64,000 nt of DNA from Moniliella sp. 'wahieum' (taxonomy: Eukaryota): contig RSEE01000002.1 in assembly GCA_003971905.1 (NCBI GenBank), forward strand, positions 434,001 to 498,000, in the 5' to 3' direction. Positions within the stretch are counted from its first letter, which is position 1. Every line of letters begins with the position of its first letter. The notes beneath the pieces were generated by a model. The model made no database searches and was not told where the DNA came from. It was given only the letters and a program-made list of their open reading frames with translations. Below are positions 36,365-49,952 of the stretch, piece by piece. A program made the position numbers and the translations under genes.

Positions 36365-38778
36365 CGTGCGGGGCGGGAGCTGGCGGCTGCCCAGGAGCCA
36401 GACACCGTCGCAACATGGTGCCCCCTTACCGACCGGTTGGTTTCCCGCAACGAGTGCAACGCTTAACGCGTAACGGTTGCTAGGAATTAATAATTCGGCC
36501 TCGGGAGATACCGCGCGGAGATCAGAGAATGCCGAGCGGTCGCTCACACCAGCGTCTTGGGCCACCCTTTCCGCCCGTTCCCGCACTCTCGGCTAGCGGA
36601 AGCGATTGGAACTATTCCACATCTGCATCATGCATCAGTACTGCGACTCAGTACTCAATCTGAGTCCACCACACTCTGCCTGCTGGGTAGTACCGACAAC
36701 CGACAACCGGATCGAGCCATGTGCTTGAAGAACCATATGGGGTCTTCTACGTGAACCGGTGAACGTGAACCCCCGAAGTAACGAGAAGCCAATGCGAAGG
36801 GTGCTTACGCTTTAGGTTCCCGTTTTGTCCCCGGTCGTTCTTGCTTCGTGTCAACTTCATTTCCAACAACATCTGTGGCTCTCGTGATTTCCTTGATGGA
36901 CCGACTGTTCGGTATCGGGGATACTTCGGGCTTGTCGGCCATCATCCACCTGGCTAAGCTGCCCCTCCTACGATGTGGGCCTCGTAGGTTGAAGCTCAAA
37001 GTGTCCATCGTTCATCGTTCAGGTCAAACCGCGTTCAACACAGGGGGGTATAACCGGTAATTGGCCACTTTTTCAAAAGTCGATTACGATAGCTCCCGTC
37101 GGTACGGGGACTGGGAGAGAGCTGGTCAAATGGTCAAACGTATTGGGGGAGAAAAGAGCTGTGGCAAACCAAGTGTCATCAGATCTCAGAGATCTCAGAG
37201 TCGATGTCAGTACTTGAGACTCAAGTCTGAGATCTGACTAGCTGGCCTTTCTTAGTATAATCAGGTGTGTCGGAGTTACTAGAGTTACCGTATGCGTTAC
37301 TGGGAGGGGTATCGATTTTTTGCACGATTGTCGATTACCGGCCTTACCAGTTATCGATTACCGAGATCTAGGTAGCACTTAGTACTGCTTAATAGTTATC
37401 TCGTAATCGCGTAATCGATAATCGAGGGTGCAGGGTGTATAGTTGCGCCCAGATCTGTGTGTGCTAGCATTGCATGAGGCCATGAGGCACACCACCGCTG
37501 GCACACCGTGCGAAACGTCACCCGCGTCACTAGTCACTAATTATACACTGGTACTCAGATACTCAGTATTCAGTAAGATATAGTCACTCAGGACAGCTTA
37601 ATGTCGTCTCAGGCCGGTCTCAGGAGTCTCACTACCATGAAAGTCACACGCACACAAGGGGAAAAGATAGGAAAAGACAGGAAAAGACATCAAAAAGCTT
37701 GGCAAAACAGCCCGCTCCAAAGCAACTAACTAAGCGCTTAAGCTTCCGTAAGTAGCGCTATACAAGCGTTATCTGTAGTGTTATTGGACATTGAACGTTA
37801 GAAACGTGCTATAAACATGCAAATGACGTTAGGCACGTTTTGGTGATACGTTTTTGTCGAGCTGAGCGCGTCAACGCGTCAAACGTCAGACTCAGTCTGT
37901 CTGAGTAACTCAGTCAAACGTCGAAGCTTGAAGCTTAAAGCTTAAAGTCCTACCACTGTCCTACCACCAAAACAGCTAAAGACAAAGCCGGCATGACATG
38001 CATGACATGCATGACTCTTGGCGTTCACGTTCATTAAGCTGTACCAGCTGCACCCCGCATTCAAAGCCCTTGTCTAATTTGGCGTGGGATGCTCAGCAGC
38101 GCTCAGCCGCTCAGGCTGAGCCGTTGACCAGATCTGAGAAAGATGGGAGTGAGCCTATTGGTATTCTTAAGAGGACGAGGATGAGAATGATTAATGATGG
38201 GCGGCTGCTTCGTAATACCAAAAAGAACCTCTTCAAGCTCAGCCTCTGAGCCTCACGGCTGAACGCAATCGCCCCCCTCCAGTTTCCTGTTCGGTACATT
38301 CCTTTCTATCTTCCTTCTGGCAAGGCAGAGTATTCTCTTCTCTAGCCTTTCTTCTGTATAATTCTCCAGGCGCAATGTGCAATACACCATTGCAAGAACG
38401 CCATCAACTGCCTACTCTCTCTGCTCTTTCGTCTACAGCGTACTTGTAGGCCTCCCAACTATCACCTAACATTTGAAAGGTGATATATGATACGAGGTGG
38501 TTTCCTGCCTCAGGCTGAGGTCCTCAGCCTGAGCGCCCGCAGCGCACCGGCCTCAGCGCCCTCAGCGCCTCAGCCCCCAAGCAGCTCAGTCAGTAAAGTT
38601 GAAGCTCTGCCATAGACAAAGAAACGCAGCTGCGCCTAAACCGACCTGCTCATCTGATGTGGGCTACGTGTTGGCCCCCAGAAGCCCAAGGCCCAAACCT
38701 GTTTAGATTGTCCAGGTATCGTGTATCTCCTGTTTGCGAAGTAGCCCATTTTGCTGATGACGCGGTGACGCTTTGCGA

Positions 38779-38844
38779 AGTAACTAGTAACTAATAGTAA
38801 CTAGGTAACTAGGTAACTAGTAACCGGTAACCTAACCAGTAACC
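38779..38844. repeat. GTAAC-centred degenerate array (ACTAGT + A, ACCGGT + A units)
   Basis: agtaactagtaactaatagtaactaggtaactaggtaactagtaaccggtaacctaaccagtaacc read directly. Confidence 0.8.
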
Positions 38845-40031
38845 TGTTTTGCTGGTGACGACGTGACGCGGTGACGCGGACGACGAGATCTTTCCTATGC
38901 TTTTGTTTATCAAACTGAAGGCACCAGTACGCAGTGCGCGGGATTTCACATGTGATTCGTGATGTTGATACACGAAGATGCACCAACTCTGAGCCTGAGC
39001 CCTGAGGTCCTCACGCGTTACGCCTCAGGGCCGGAGCCTGCCTGAGCGTTCAGGCTGAGCGGCTATAAGCTGCTATAGGGGAGCATATCTGATCCTAATG
39101 CGCTCATGCGTTCATGGGAATGGTAGTCGAGCTTTGAGATACACCAAGTTCTCTCAGATCTCAGGAATATAATACATGTTCTTCGTTCCAAATAATATCA
39201 AGGAGAGATGAGATCACCAGAACTACATCAGGCGATCCAGAACTCGAGTCCACGTCGAGATCCCTGCCCGCCTGGCATTTTGGATGTTGGATGCTGGACG
39301 GTGGTCAATATTCAATGGACGGGTGGACGGTTGGATGGACGGTTGGATGGATGGACGGATGCACAAGAGAAGGTACTAGTAGAAACCAAGGCGGGTGTGG
39401 TGTGAGCACGTGACCGAGTGACCCTAGTAGTCCCGATATGGCATTCTGTGTGATTCTCAGATTCTGAGATTCTGAGATTCTGAGAATGGGTGTGGGACGT
39501 AGCGATGATCATCGATCATTGATTAATGATCGATGATCGATGATCTGAGAGATCTGCGATGGTCGATGGTCGATGGATGTCAATGAGATCCGAGATGGAA
39601 AAGCGCCGAAACCTCGTAGGCGGTGCGCCAGACAGCAGAAAATGGATTTTCGATGTTGTCGATGATCAACACAAGTAGGAGACCAGGCATCGAGGCTGCC
39701 GATAGCTTCATCGATCAACCATCGATGGCCAGGTTAGTAACAGTTTAGCGTTTGAAATTGAACCTGGTTAGCTTGGGCTGGTCACCGGTCAGGCCGGTCA
39801 CCGGTCATCGAGGTCATCGTAATTCGCTCTGACCTCCAAGCATTGTGAGTAAAATTTAAAATCAACCAACCCTGGTTTGAAATTTGATCGATGGTCCCGC
39901 CCGCCGAGTCGTGCCAAGAAAACATCGTCCAATTAAATTAAACCAACCAAATCGTCTCGAGAACAAGTTAAAGTTTAGAGGGTGGTTTGGGGTACAAGGG
40001 TGTTTTTTCCCTTTCTTTGGGACACACGCTA

Positions 40032-40057
40032 TTACGCGTTACGCGTTACGCGTTACG
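40032..40057. repeat. (TTACGCG)n heptamer array (ACGCGT + T)
   Basis: About 3.7 perfect units; a near-identical array occurs at 63058-63083. Confidence 0.8.
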
Positions 40058-42532
40058 GGATACGGATATGCAAAGGGGGGGAAGGACTTGGCGTGGATTG
40101 AGAAGAACCGCACCAGGTGCACCACGCAAAATCAATAATCAACCGTCGGGAAAACGGAAGGGAGAAAGGGAGAGGTACAAGATTACTAGGTGGTGAGAAA
40201 ACCCACTAGCGCTCTGAGATCTGAAGATAACGCTCACTGACTGAGGGGTTCAGGCGGAGCGCTCGCTCCACGTGGGCCCTAAGCCTTAAGGCGGCCTAAG
40301 GCCCGCGATAATCGATAAACGTTGAACTCCGCTGCTATACCAGAGCGCGGCCTGAACGCCTTGAAGCTTGAAGCTTGACAGGTACCACAGGCATGGCCCG
40401 ACAGGATGACAGGAAAGGGGGGCGCGGCGGTCAGAAGAGCGCGGCGCTTGGAAAGCCAACGGTTACCACAGCGCCAGAAGCCAGAAGCAGAAGCCACACA
40501 TGCGCGATGGGGGCGCTGCTATAGAAGCCACGCGAGGAACGCGTGCTAAGCGCTAAGCCTTAGCGCTCAGGCTGGCCCAGGCTGTCAGCGCCAGCGCTGT
40601 AGGTGCTAATGACACACCGAACCAACTATAATCAGCCTGGTCGCTAGTCACTAGTCACTAGTTGCCAGTCTCTTCAAGCTTCAAGCTTCAAGCTTCAGAC
40701 CTTCATATCTCAGAAGTAGAAACGGTGCGTACCAGCTCGGCGCGGCTGGGGCTGCCGGCGGAGCGGCGGCGGGATTGTTTTGATTGCAGGCGGTTTGCTT
40801 TGATAGGGGAACTATGTCAGCGCCATGTCAGTTACGAGCAGCGGTGGAAGGCTGGGCACTTGTCGGGGGTGGTGGTGAGTACTGCCTACTGTTGAATGTT
40901 TGGCTCTGCATTTTGTCACTCACGTAGAACATGGGTGCAGGGGAAACGCGGGTAATTTGAGACCAGCCCTTGCATAGCCCAAATCCTCCCGCCGTGCGCC
41001 GCCGCGCCTCAGGGGGGGCTGGGGTGTCCTGCATCCTGCTTCCTGGCACGTCCTAACCGGTGACTGGTGAGTCAGCACCCCGCGTTCGGGGGGGCGCAGG
41101 GCACAGGGCGCGTCAGAATGCAATGAGGCTGGCACCGTGCCTGTCTTCCGGAAGCGCATATATGGCACATGATGTGCACGATGCATGATGCACGAAGCAT
41201 GAGTGTCTGACGGCTGGGGGGCTGACAGTGGCCTAGTGACCGAACGCGGAACCCTCAACCCATGTTGGATTTGGGGTGCGTGTGCGCGGATGCGGGAATG
41301 GTTCAAGATGCAGCACCAGGCGGCAGCTGAGCGGCGGAAGGGCCCTGGTGCGCGTGCCTGCCGAGCCAGGCGAGAGAGGAGCCAGCGGCGGCCTGGCCGC
41401 GCAAGCGCAAGCGCGCGTGGCTCGGCTGGACCCGTGCCTGCTGTCAACACACTGCTACCACCGCAGCCACGCGCGGCAGACCAATCCAAACGCTGTATCC
41501 ATCATCCATCACGCACCCTCCAACGGTGCCAGAGAAAATTCAATATTGAACGAAGAACGTTCAACTCACGCTTCAAGGGTCCCACGTCGCAAGTCACATG
41601 TTCGGCATCAAGTGTATCACCTGGCCCGCCGAACCATGCTCGAGGAGGAGCAGCCTCCGCTCAGACACTGGCGCTGGGGTACCCCCAGCGCGCACCCCCG
41701 GCTGGTACTGCGCCTGCGCCAAGGCGCCCGGGTAAAGACGGCCGACGCACGGATGAACACGGCGGCAGCGCCTGGTCCTGCGTTGTCAACGGTCAACACG
41801 TTCAACTGCGTACTGAGTACACTGAGCCAGATCGGTGAGCCTGGGATGGGTGACTATCGAGTGCCAGCGCGCTGGGATGGATGGGATGCGAGCCCATCGC
41901 AGGATGCATGACGCAGGACGCATGACATGCGAAACAGCAGGCCGGCGGGGTGCGAGAAGAAATGGGGCGAGAGTGTCGCCGTGCGCGGCGGGGGGCGGGC
42001 GGGGTGCGGGCGGCGGCACGGGGGCAGCGTGCGCGCGTGCGGCTGGGTCGGCCCAGCGGAGCCAGTGTGCCGGCCGGCTGCACCTGCTCGGAGCGCCCCA
42101 GCCCAGCCGCCCGCACGGCGCGGCAGGCCGATCGAACCCAGCGGCCGTAGAGTTCGTCCGCAGACATCGCGGCCGCAAACAACGCGTCGGTGCCTTGCGT
42201 GCCTGCCGCCGCAGCGCGCCACTGTCGCCCTCGGTGCACTGGCCCCCACGCGACCTGGGCAGCGCACATCCATCCTGCCCGACACTGCCCCCCGGCCGCC
42301 CTTGTCGTGCGCGCTGCCTGCCAGGCCAGCATGAACAGGGAACGCTGGCAGGCTTATAAGCGCATCGGTCCGCCAGCTGCCCCTCACATCTGTCCTCCCG
42401 CCCCCCCCACCACCCGACCGCCTCTTCCCCACCAACCGCGCCTGCGCCCCCGCCGCCTGGCCGCGCCCTCCGCCAACCCTTCCGACTTCCCCCCCCTCCC
42501 CCCACCCCCCCCCCTCTTCGGACAATCCGACC

Positions 42533-45500
42533 ATGTCTGACGAGTACGCCAAGGGCTCCTACGGAGCCCAAGTCAACGACGAGTACGCCTCGCTTCTCGA
42601 CTTTATCAAGGCCCAGAAGGCCGCCAACGCCGATGAGGGCGAAAACAACGACGTTCACATCGTCCGCAAGCGCGAGTTCCTCCGTCCCTGGAAGGTGCGC
42701 GAGGTCCGCGTCAACAAGGACGGCGAGGCCGAGACGGTCGCCCCCAAAGTTCCCGCTAGCTGGTATGTGTCCTTTTTCTTCGCGTGTCTTTCTGCACTTG
42801 CTTCAGAACCGATGTTGACCTTTGTTTTCTCTAGGCTCGAGACCTCGATGCAGCAGGGTGTCTCTGACGCGGATGTCCAAACCCGCCGCGCTCAGTTCGG
42901 CTACAACGAGCTTGAGGCTCCTTCGGAGAACCTCTTCCTCAAGTTCCTCGGTTTCTTCAAGGGTCCTATTCTTTACGTTATGGAGTTGGCCGCTGCTCTC
43001 GCCGGTGGTCTGCGTGACTGGATTGATCTTGGTGTCATTTGCGGTATCTTGGCGCTCAACGCTTTCGTCGGTTGGTACCAGGAGAAGCAGGCTGGTGACA
43101 TTGTCGCCCAGCTGAAGGCTGGTATTGCTCTTCGCGCTTTCGTTATCCGCAACGGTCACGAGGTTGAAATTGAGGCCCGTGAGGTCGTTCCCGGTGACAT
43201 TGTTATTGTTCAGGACGGTCAGACCGTTCCTTGCGATGGCCGTCTTCTTGCCGACTACGCCGACAAGGACGGATCCCAGGCTGCTGCTATTCTCGAGAAG
43301 GCTCGTGCCACTGCCACGGTGAGGACGATGACGAAGGTGTCGACAAAGGCCCTGCTATCATTGCCTGCGACCAGTCGGCCATTACTGGCGAGTCGCTTGC
43401 CGTTGACAAGCACATTGGTGACACCGTCTTCTACACCACTGGCTGCAAGCGTGGGAAGGGTTTCGTGCTCTGCACGGACATTGCCAAGCAGACCTTTGTC
43501 GGCCGTACCGCTGCCCTTGTGCTCGGCGGTGAGTCGCAGGGTCACTTCCAGAAGGTTATGGACTCGATCGGTACTGCTCTTTTGGTTCTTGTCATGGCCT
43601 TCGTCGTTGGCTTCTGGATTTCCGGCTTCTTCCGCCACACGGGCATTGCTGAGCCCAAGGAGAACAACTTGCTCACCTACACCCTGATCTTCCTCGTTGT
43701 CGGTGTGCCCGTCGGTCTTCCTTGCGTTACCACCACCACCATGGCTGTCGGTGCCGCTTACCTTGCCAAGCGCCAGGCCATTGTGCAGAAGCTTACTGCC
43801 ATTGAGTCGCTTGCCGGTGTCGATGTGCTCTGCTCGGACAAGACTGGTACCCTTACTGCCAACAAGCTTTCCATTCACGAGCCCTTCACCTCGGAGGGTG
43901 TTGACGTTAACTACATGATGGCTGTTGCCGCCCTCGCCTCGTCGCACAACGTTCAGTCTCTTGACCCCATTGACAAGGTTACCATCTCGACTCTGAAGGA
44001 CTACCCCGGTGCCCAGGAGGAGCTCGCCTCGGGCTGGATCACCCACCGCTTCACTCCCTTCGACCCCGTGTCCAAGCGTATCACTGCCGAGGTTGAGAAG
44101 GATGGCAAGCAGTACATTGCTGCCAAGGGTGCCCCCAACGCTATCCTCAAGCTGTGCCAGCCCGACCCTGAGCAGGCCGCCCAGTACCGCAAGGTGGCTG
44201 GTGACTTTGCCTCCCGTGGTTTCCGTTCGCTCGGTGTTGCCATCAACGATGGCGAGTGGCACCTCCTTGGTCTCCTGCCCATGTTTGACCCTCCTCGTGC
44301 TGACACGGCTGCGACGATTGCCGAGGCCCAGAACTTGGGTATTGCCGTCAAGATGCTTACGGGTGACGCTGTCGCTATTGCCAAGGAGACCTGCAAGATG
44401 CTTTCGCTCGGCACCAAGGTGTACGACTCGCAGCGCCTGATCGGATCCGGTGGTCTTGCCGGCTCGGCCATTCACGACTTTATTGAGGCTGCCGACGGTT
44501 TCGCTGAGGTGTTCCCTGAGCACAAGTACCAGGTCGTCGAGATGCTCCAGCACCGTGGCCACTTGGTTGCCATGACCGGTGACGGTGTCAACGACGCTCC
44601 CTCGCTCAAGAAGGCCGACTGTGGTATTGCTGTGGAGGGTGCTTCGGATGCTGCTCGCTCGGCTGCTGATGTTGTGTTCCTGGACGAGGGTCTGTCGACC
44701 ATCATTACCTCGATCAAGGTCGCTCGCCAGATTTTCCACCGCATGAAGGCGTACATCCAGTACCGTATCTCGCTCTGTCTCCACCTTGAGATCTACCTGC
44801 TTCTGTCGATCTGCATCCGTGACGAGGTGATCCGCGCCGACCTGATTGTCTTTATCGCTCTTTGCCGACTTGGCCACCATTGCCATTGCGTACGACAATG
44901 CCCCCGCTGCCAAGGAGCCCGTCGAGTGGCAGTTGCCCAAGATTTGGGTCATCTCCACCATCCTCGGTGCCCTGCTTGCTGCTGGCACCTGGATCGTCCG
45001 TGGCACCCTCTTCCTCCCCGACGGTGGTATCGTGCAGAACTTCGGTAACCTCCAGCTCATTCTCTTCCTTGAGGTTTCGCTCACGGAGAACTGGCTCATC
45101 TTTGTCACGCGTCTTGGCTCGGGCACTTCGGACGAGAACACCATTCCTTCATGGGAACTTGTTGGTGCCATTCTCGGTGTCGATGCGCTTGCCACTCTCT
45201 TCACTCTGTTCGGCTGGCTCGGTGGCCCAATTGCCCGCTACATCCACTCGCCCCGCTTGCGCCACAACAAGCACAACTGGACCGACGTCGTGACCGTTGT
45301 GCGTGTGTGGGCCTACTCGATCGGTGTCACGATCATCATCACCGTCGTGTACTACGTGCTGAACAAGCTCGAGTGGATCAACCGTATGGGCCGCCGCGTT
45401 CGTTCGACCAAGAACGAGGTGCTGGAAGACTTCTTCACCAACTTGCAGCGTTACTGTCGTGCACGAGAAGTCGGAGGAGGGCGAGCCTGACATTTACTCG

Positions 45501-45536
45501 TTCGCCACCCGTCTCGAGGTTGACGACGATGAGTAA
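42533..45536 (+). CDS. PMA1: Plasma-membrane P-type H+-ATPase; intron 42763-42834
   Basis: FGYNEL, DQSAITGESL, VPVGLP, phosphorylation site CSDKTGTLT, KGAP, DPPR, MLTGD, MTGDGVNDAPSLKKAD, SLTENWLIFVTR; strong C/T-ending codon bias; ends EVDDDE-TAA at 45534-45536. Frameshifts near 43310, 44860 and the 3' end. Confidence 0.97.
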
Positions 45537-46273
45537 TCACCTCTCCCCGTTTAGCACCGTTGCAAATATGGCTTTACGCTTTACGCTTGCGGTGTGGGAG
45601 GTGGACTCGGATCCCCCGCACAGTTGTGGTTTGGTTTGCCTTGCCTTGTCTCTCTGTGCACCCCCCCCCCCTACCTTTTATCTTCCCTTACCTTACCCTT
45701 ACCGCTCTATGGCTTCAGTGTGGCTCTTCACTCATTTCCCCCCTGCTCTCTTCTCTTCTCTCTTTTTTCTCCTCATCTTTTTTTATCGCGAGCCACACCT
45801 CTGTCCGGAGCTATATGAGCCTCTTTCCCTTATGTCGTTTACCCGGGCTATGTCACCCTGCATGTCTCTGTCTCTCGCTGTCGTCTACCCCCGCGGCCCT
45901 GCCTTGTCGTGTGCCAGCGCCAGTGAGTGCAGTGCCTTGCATTGCATTGTCTTTCTCCATGTCCTTTACTTGCTCATTATAGTCCTTAGTCCTTGCTGCT
46001 TGTTCGTTCTCAGTTGCTTTTGTTCTGTGGTAGTTGCGCAGAGCAGGTTCAGGCTTTTGTCGTAGCGACCGCTCGTTGTACATTGATTGATTGATTGCTC
46101 TTGCACTGCATGATGCAGAAGCAGTTGCCAGCCAGCCCTCAGCTCTTGCTCGTATCCAGTCTTTCTTCCAAGTCAAGTCACCCACCTAGTACTGCCACAT
46201 GCCTGCCTACTGGCACATGGCACGGGGGAGGGGGCACGGCTCCCGCATTGCGCTTTCACGTTTGCGGCTTGTT

Positions 46274-46404
46274 CAGTACTGAACTCTGTACTCAGTACCC
46301 AGTACTCAGTACCCAGTACTCAGTACTCAGTACTCAGTACTCAGTACTCAGTACTCAGTACTCAGTACTCAGTACTCAGTACTCAGTACTCAGTACTCTG
46401 TACG
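46274..46404. repeat. (CAGTACT)n heptamer microsatellite (AGTACT + C)
   Basis: 12 perfect units at 46314-46397, with degenerate cagtacc/ctgtact units on the flanks. Confidence 0.95.
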
Positions 46405-48966
46405 TCTCAGTGTTTTGTTGGTAGTATGGTGTGTCGCCCTGGCGGATTCGGTCGGTGCGTCACCCTGGCTCTCTGTCGGACCATGTTTACCTCAGTGTTG
46501 GTCACCCAGCCACCACAACCACAGCCACAACCACACCGCTTCTCGTTGGATCCGAGTGGGACGTTGGACGACGGCCCGGCGCTGCCGCTCGAAGAGGGTG
46601 GTGGGTGTCACGGGCGGGCGCCGCCAGGGGGGCCGCCCTGGGGATTTTGGGGTACAATCCCTTAGGCGACGGTAGGTCGACTCACGGTAGTTTCGGGCTT
46701 AGGCTGGTTGGTGCGTCCGAGCGGAGCTAGGGACGAGGAGAGGCCTTTGGTGGGGCGGCTGCACGTGTGGCAAGGCTGCGTCTGCACCGGCTTGGGCCGT
46801 AGTAACGTGTCTGAAGCCTCCGGGACTTAGGGACGGGAGGAGGCAGAGGGGGACAAACACTGCCTCAACAGAGACTGGGAATCGCCGCGACCAGAGGAGG
46901 GCTCGCGCGATTGGACTGACGAAGGGGGGGACGAGGTCGGAGGAGAAGTCGGACGCTAACAAGAGAAGCTGCCTGTACTGGATAAATTGGCTGGAAACGG
47001 GCAGGAGTCGGACAGGATAGACGGGAAGGCGAGAGGATGACGAGAAGGACGAGAATGGAAGGTGGGGGAAAAGATCCCCATCAACCAGGGGTACAGGCAG
47101 GATCAAAAGGGAAACGGATACAAGAGGGGGTGTAGAAAGGAAGACATGTCAAAAGCGGGGTTGGTCGCCGCAGGCGCGACCGAGAAAGGAAAAGGAAACG
47201 GGGACGAGGCGGCAGACGCCGCCACGGCATTGGAAGCTCGGTGGCCTTATTTAGGCCGGCCGACGTGGACTTGGGCGGGAGGCGACTGTTGTCGCGCTGA
47301 GCATGGCCCTTCGGCCACGATACTTAATTTAGCCAACCATCATCACACTCGGTTGGCCTGCGGAGCACGCTCTACTGGGCCTGTGCGGAGCAGACGGGCC
47401 TCAGCTTCGGTCGGACCATCTCGTGTCCGCCGCAGCCCGTGACAGTGGGTATCATATATCACCTCGCTCGCACCACTACTGCTCTGCCTTTTTCTTGTGG
47501 TGCCATGCCCTCCTCCGCTAACCCCTACTTACTTTTGGTTTATACTATGTGCACTCGGAGTTGGTTCCACTTCCCCTCCGTTTCTAGTTTCTCTCAAACA
47601 TATCCTAGCAGTAGTATTGAGTGATCTCACAACAGTGATGTGTGTCTTTGGCCTACTGATATGATCCAACCAACGTGTGCCGTTGTTAATCATTGTCCTG
47701 TGCATAGTAGGATGTGCGTATAGGGGCGGGCAACGTTCGTTGGCTCACGCAGGCCTGCCGTTCAATGTTCAACGTTCACGTGTGGTGTTCGTTAAAATTG
47801 ACTACTTCATCGTGGTAAGTAGTCTACATACTATGCGGCCGCGGAATTGCCGCGCTAGAAAACAGAGCCATCGGGCCTTTCGAGTTTGGAGAGAGACCAC
47901 AGTGTCCAAAGCGATGCAAGCCAAGGACTCTCCGCCTTGCAGAGGTGCCTTTGGGTCACCTATTTCACAGACTGAGTAGGGACGGCGGCAGGGTGGCTAC
48001 TAAGTAGGGACGGGAGTGAAGGCTAGTGACCTGCAGTGGCAAAAGCCCGTCTTTCTCTCCACTTCAAGTGTCTTATTTGTTTTGGTCTTTTTTGAGTTCA
48101 GTGCGAGCAGGAGCCTGACGCGGCTGTTTTCAGTGTGTGGGTATCAACTCTCGCTGTGAGCAGTTGTGCTGCCCGTGTTTTGTTTTACGCACAGAAGAGA
48201 TTATGTGTATAGTAGTGTCGTTTCTCAGCAAGGAACGAGCAAAACGGGCGAGGTGGATTCGATGCTTCCGTTGTTGAGTTGGTGAAAAGAACGTGCAGTT
48301 CCTTTCACTGAAGTGTTCTCTCGCTGTCGATGCCACCAGTGCAATCCACAACGCACATGTAATAGTGTGTACGGTTGTCATGGCTCGATGTGCCTCATAT
48401 ACGTATGTCGTGGGTCTCACAAAGGTGGAATAACATGCGTATCCTATCAACTAGAGGGAGGGGGGGCTATACAAAGGATACATCAGTAGGGAAAACGGCC
48501 TATATGTGCACCGTAAACACAACGACACATTATGTCTTGACCACAGAGGACAGAGAGGATTCCTCTGCAAAAAGCACACCAACTCATCAAACATGTCGAC
48601 ACACTGTCTCTCTCCCCCGACAGAGAATGCGGCAAAAGCGTCGTGCACAACACGTACTACTACTATTGTCACTACCATTTGTCCTATCATATAGTGTGAA
48701 GAGAGGAAGAGGACAAGTTCTCCTGTTACGAGGACCCATCCACAAGTCCCCCCTCGCCAGATACGGGTGTGAATGTGTGTTGTGCATTGCCCTCATCATA
48801 ACCGTGGTGTGTATATGCGGCCTGCAATCATATGAACACAACCTGCGTGTCAGTCATTGGTATATTAATGGAAAGGTTGCGTGCCTCCGCCCGCTATCCC
48901 ACTCCACCTATACACTCCCTTGCATTGAGGTGGTGCCGGCATTGTCGGTTTTTACCACACACTAAG

Positions 48967-49952
48967 ATGTCTCCTCCAGATCCCTCTCCTCCGGCACTGC
49001 AACACGACAATTCGGGGGGCATCGCCGTCCACATCTCGATACATGTCCCACCCGTGATGCCCGAGATGGGGTACGACGTACACCTGCAGGTACGGCGGAC
49101 GTGCCCTCCCTCATCCGACTCGGAGTCCTCATCCAAAAAGCAGAATACAGTGTCCTCCCTACAAGAAACGTCGGCAACGCCAAGGGCCACGACGACCAGT
49201 CTGCCTGCCTCCAGTGCGCTAAGCCAGCCTCAGGCCTGGGCCCACGGCGACGTTCCGATAGAGCAGGGGCTTGGCTTTGATCCCGGTACCCAAGGTCCTT
49301 TCTCCACCGCCACGACTAGTCCCAAGTTAGGAAACGCTCACCTGTTTGCACCACACAACGAGACCTATGCCCCGGACCATGGTGTCCCCCGCCCCCCCAA
49401 CCCCACCTCATCTCTCGCTCACGCTCGGGCTCGGGCTCATGCTCGCATCCCGGATAAGCCTTTCGATTGTATTGTTCTCGGCTTGCCTTCTCCCACCGGG
49501 ATCCAGCCGGGTCTGCCTCCTGTTTCAACCCATCCCGACCTCCCCCCCGATGGATCGTCGGTGAGCAGGGCGGTTCGAGAGCAAGCTAGGGTGCCTACCC
49601 CCGCCACACCGCAGGCTGGAACGCCGCCGCTTCCCAGCCTTTCCCTTGATTCTCACGTCAATAACCCTTCCCATTTCACTCGGTCTCAGGAGTGGCCCCT
49701 GGGACGCAAATGACCAGCAGGAGGTTGTTATCAGGCCGACCGCTCTTCCCTCTTCCCGCACAACAGAGCTACCCTATGTACACCACGCAATCAGCGTTTC
49801 CTGTTCCCCTCGTTCCTGCGCTCGTGTCGCTCTTCGTTTCTCTTTGCCTCCACTACCGACACTTTAATTCCTTGTTTCGTTTTTCTTCCTGTGCCACCCT
49901 CACAACCAAACCCGCAGACGTAGCCACCAGCACCCGTCGCTGGCCCGAGTAG
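48967..49952 (+). CDS. Hypothetical Pro/Ser-rich orphan protein (3' end uncertain)
   Basis: ATG 48967 MSPPDPSPP...IAVHISIHVPP...YDVHLQVRR, open to 49713, with possible continuation across a pyrimidine-rich intron-like tract. No domain recognised. Confidence 0.35.

Noticed and set aside
36400..42500. Intact transposon or LTR element in the long intergenic region
   Set aside because: No transposase or reverse-transcriptase motifs, terminal repeats or target-site duplications were found by eye.
43255..45204. 649-aa antisense ORF opposite PMA1
   Set aside because: Expected shadow of strong codon bias on the sense strand; no independent protein features.
46274..46404. CRISPR array or telomeric repeat
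   Set aside because: No unique spacers, eukaryotic context, internal position, and the unit lacks a G-rich telomere strand.
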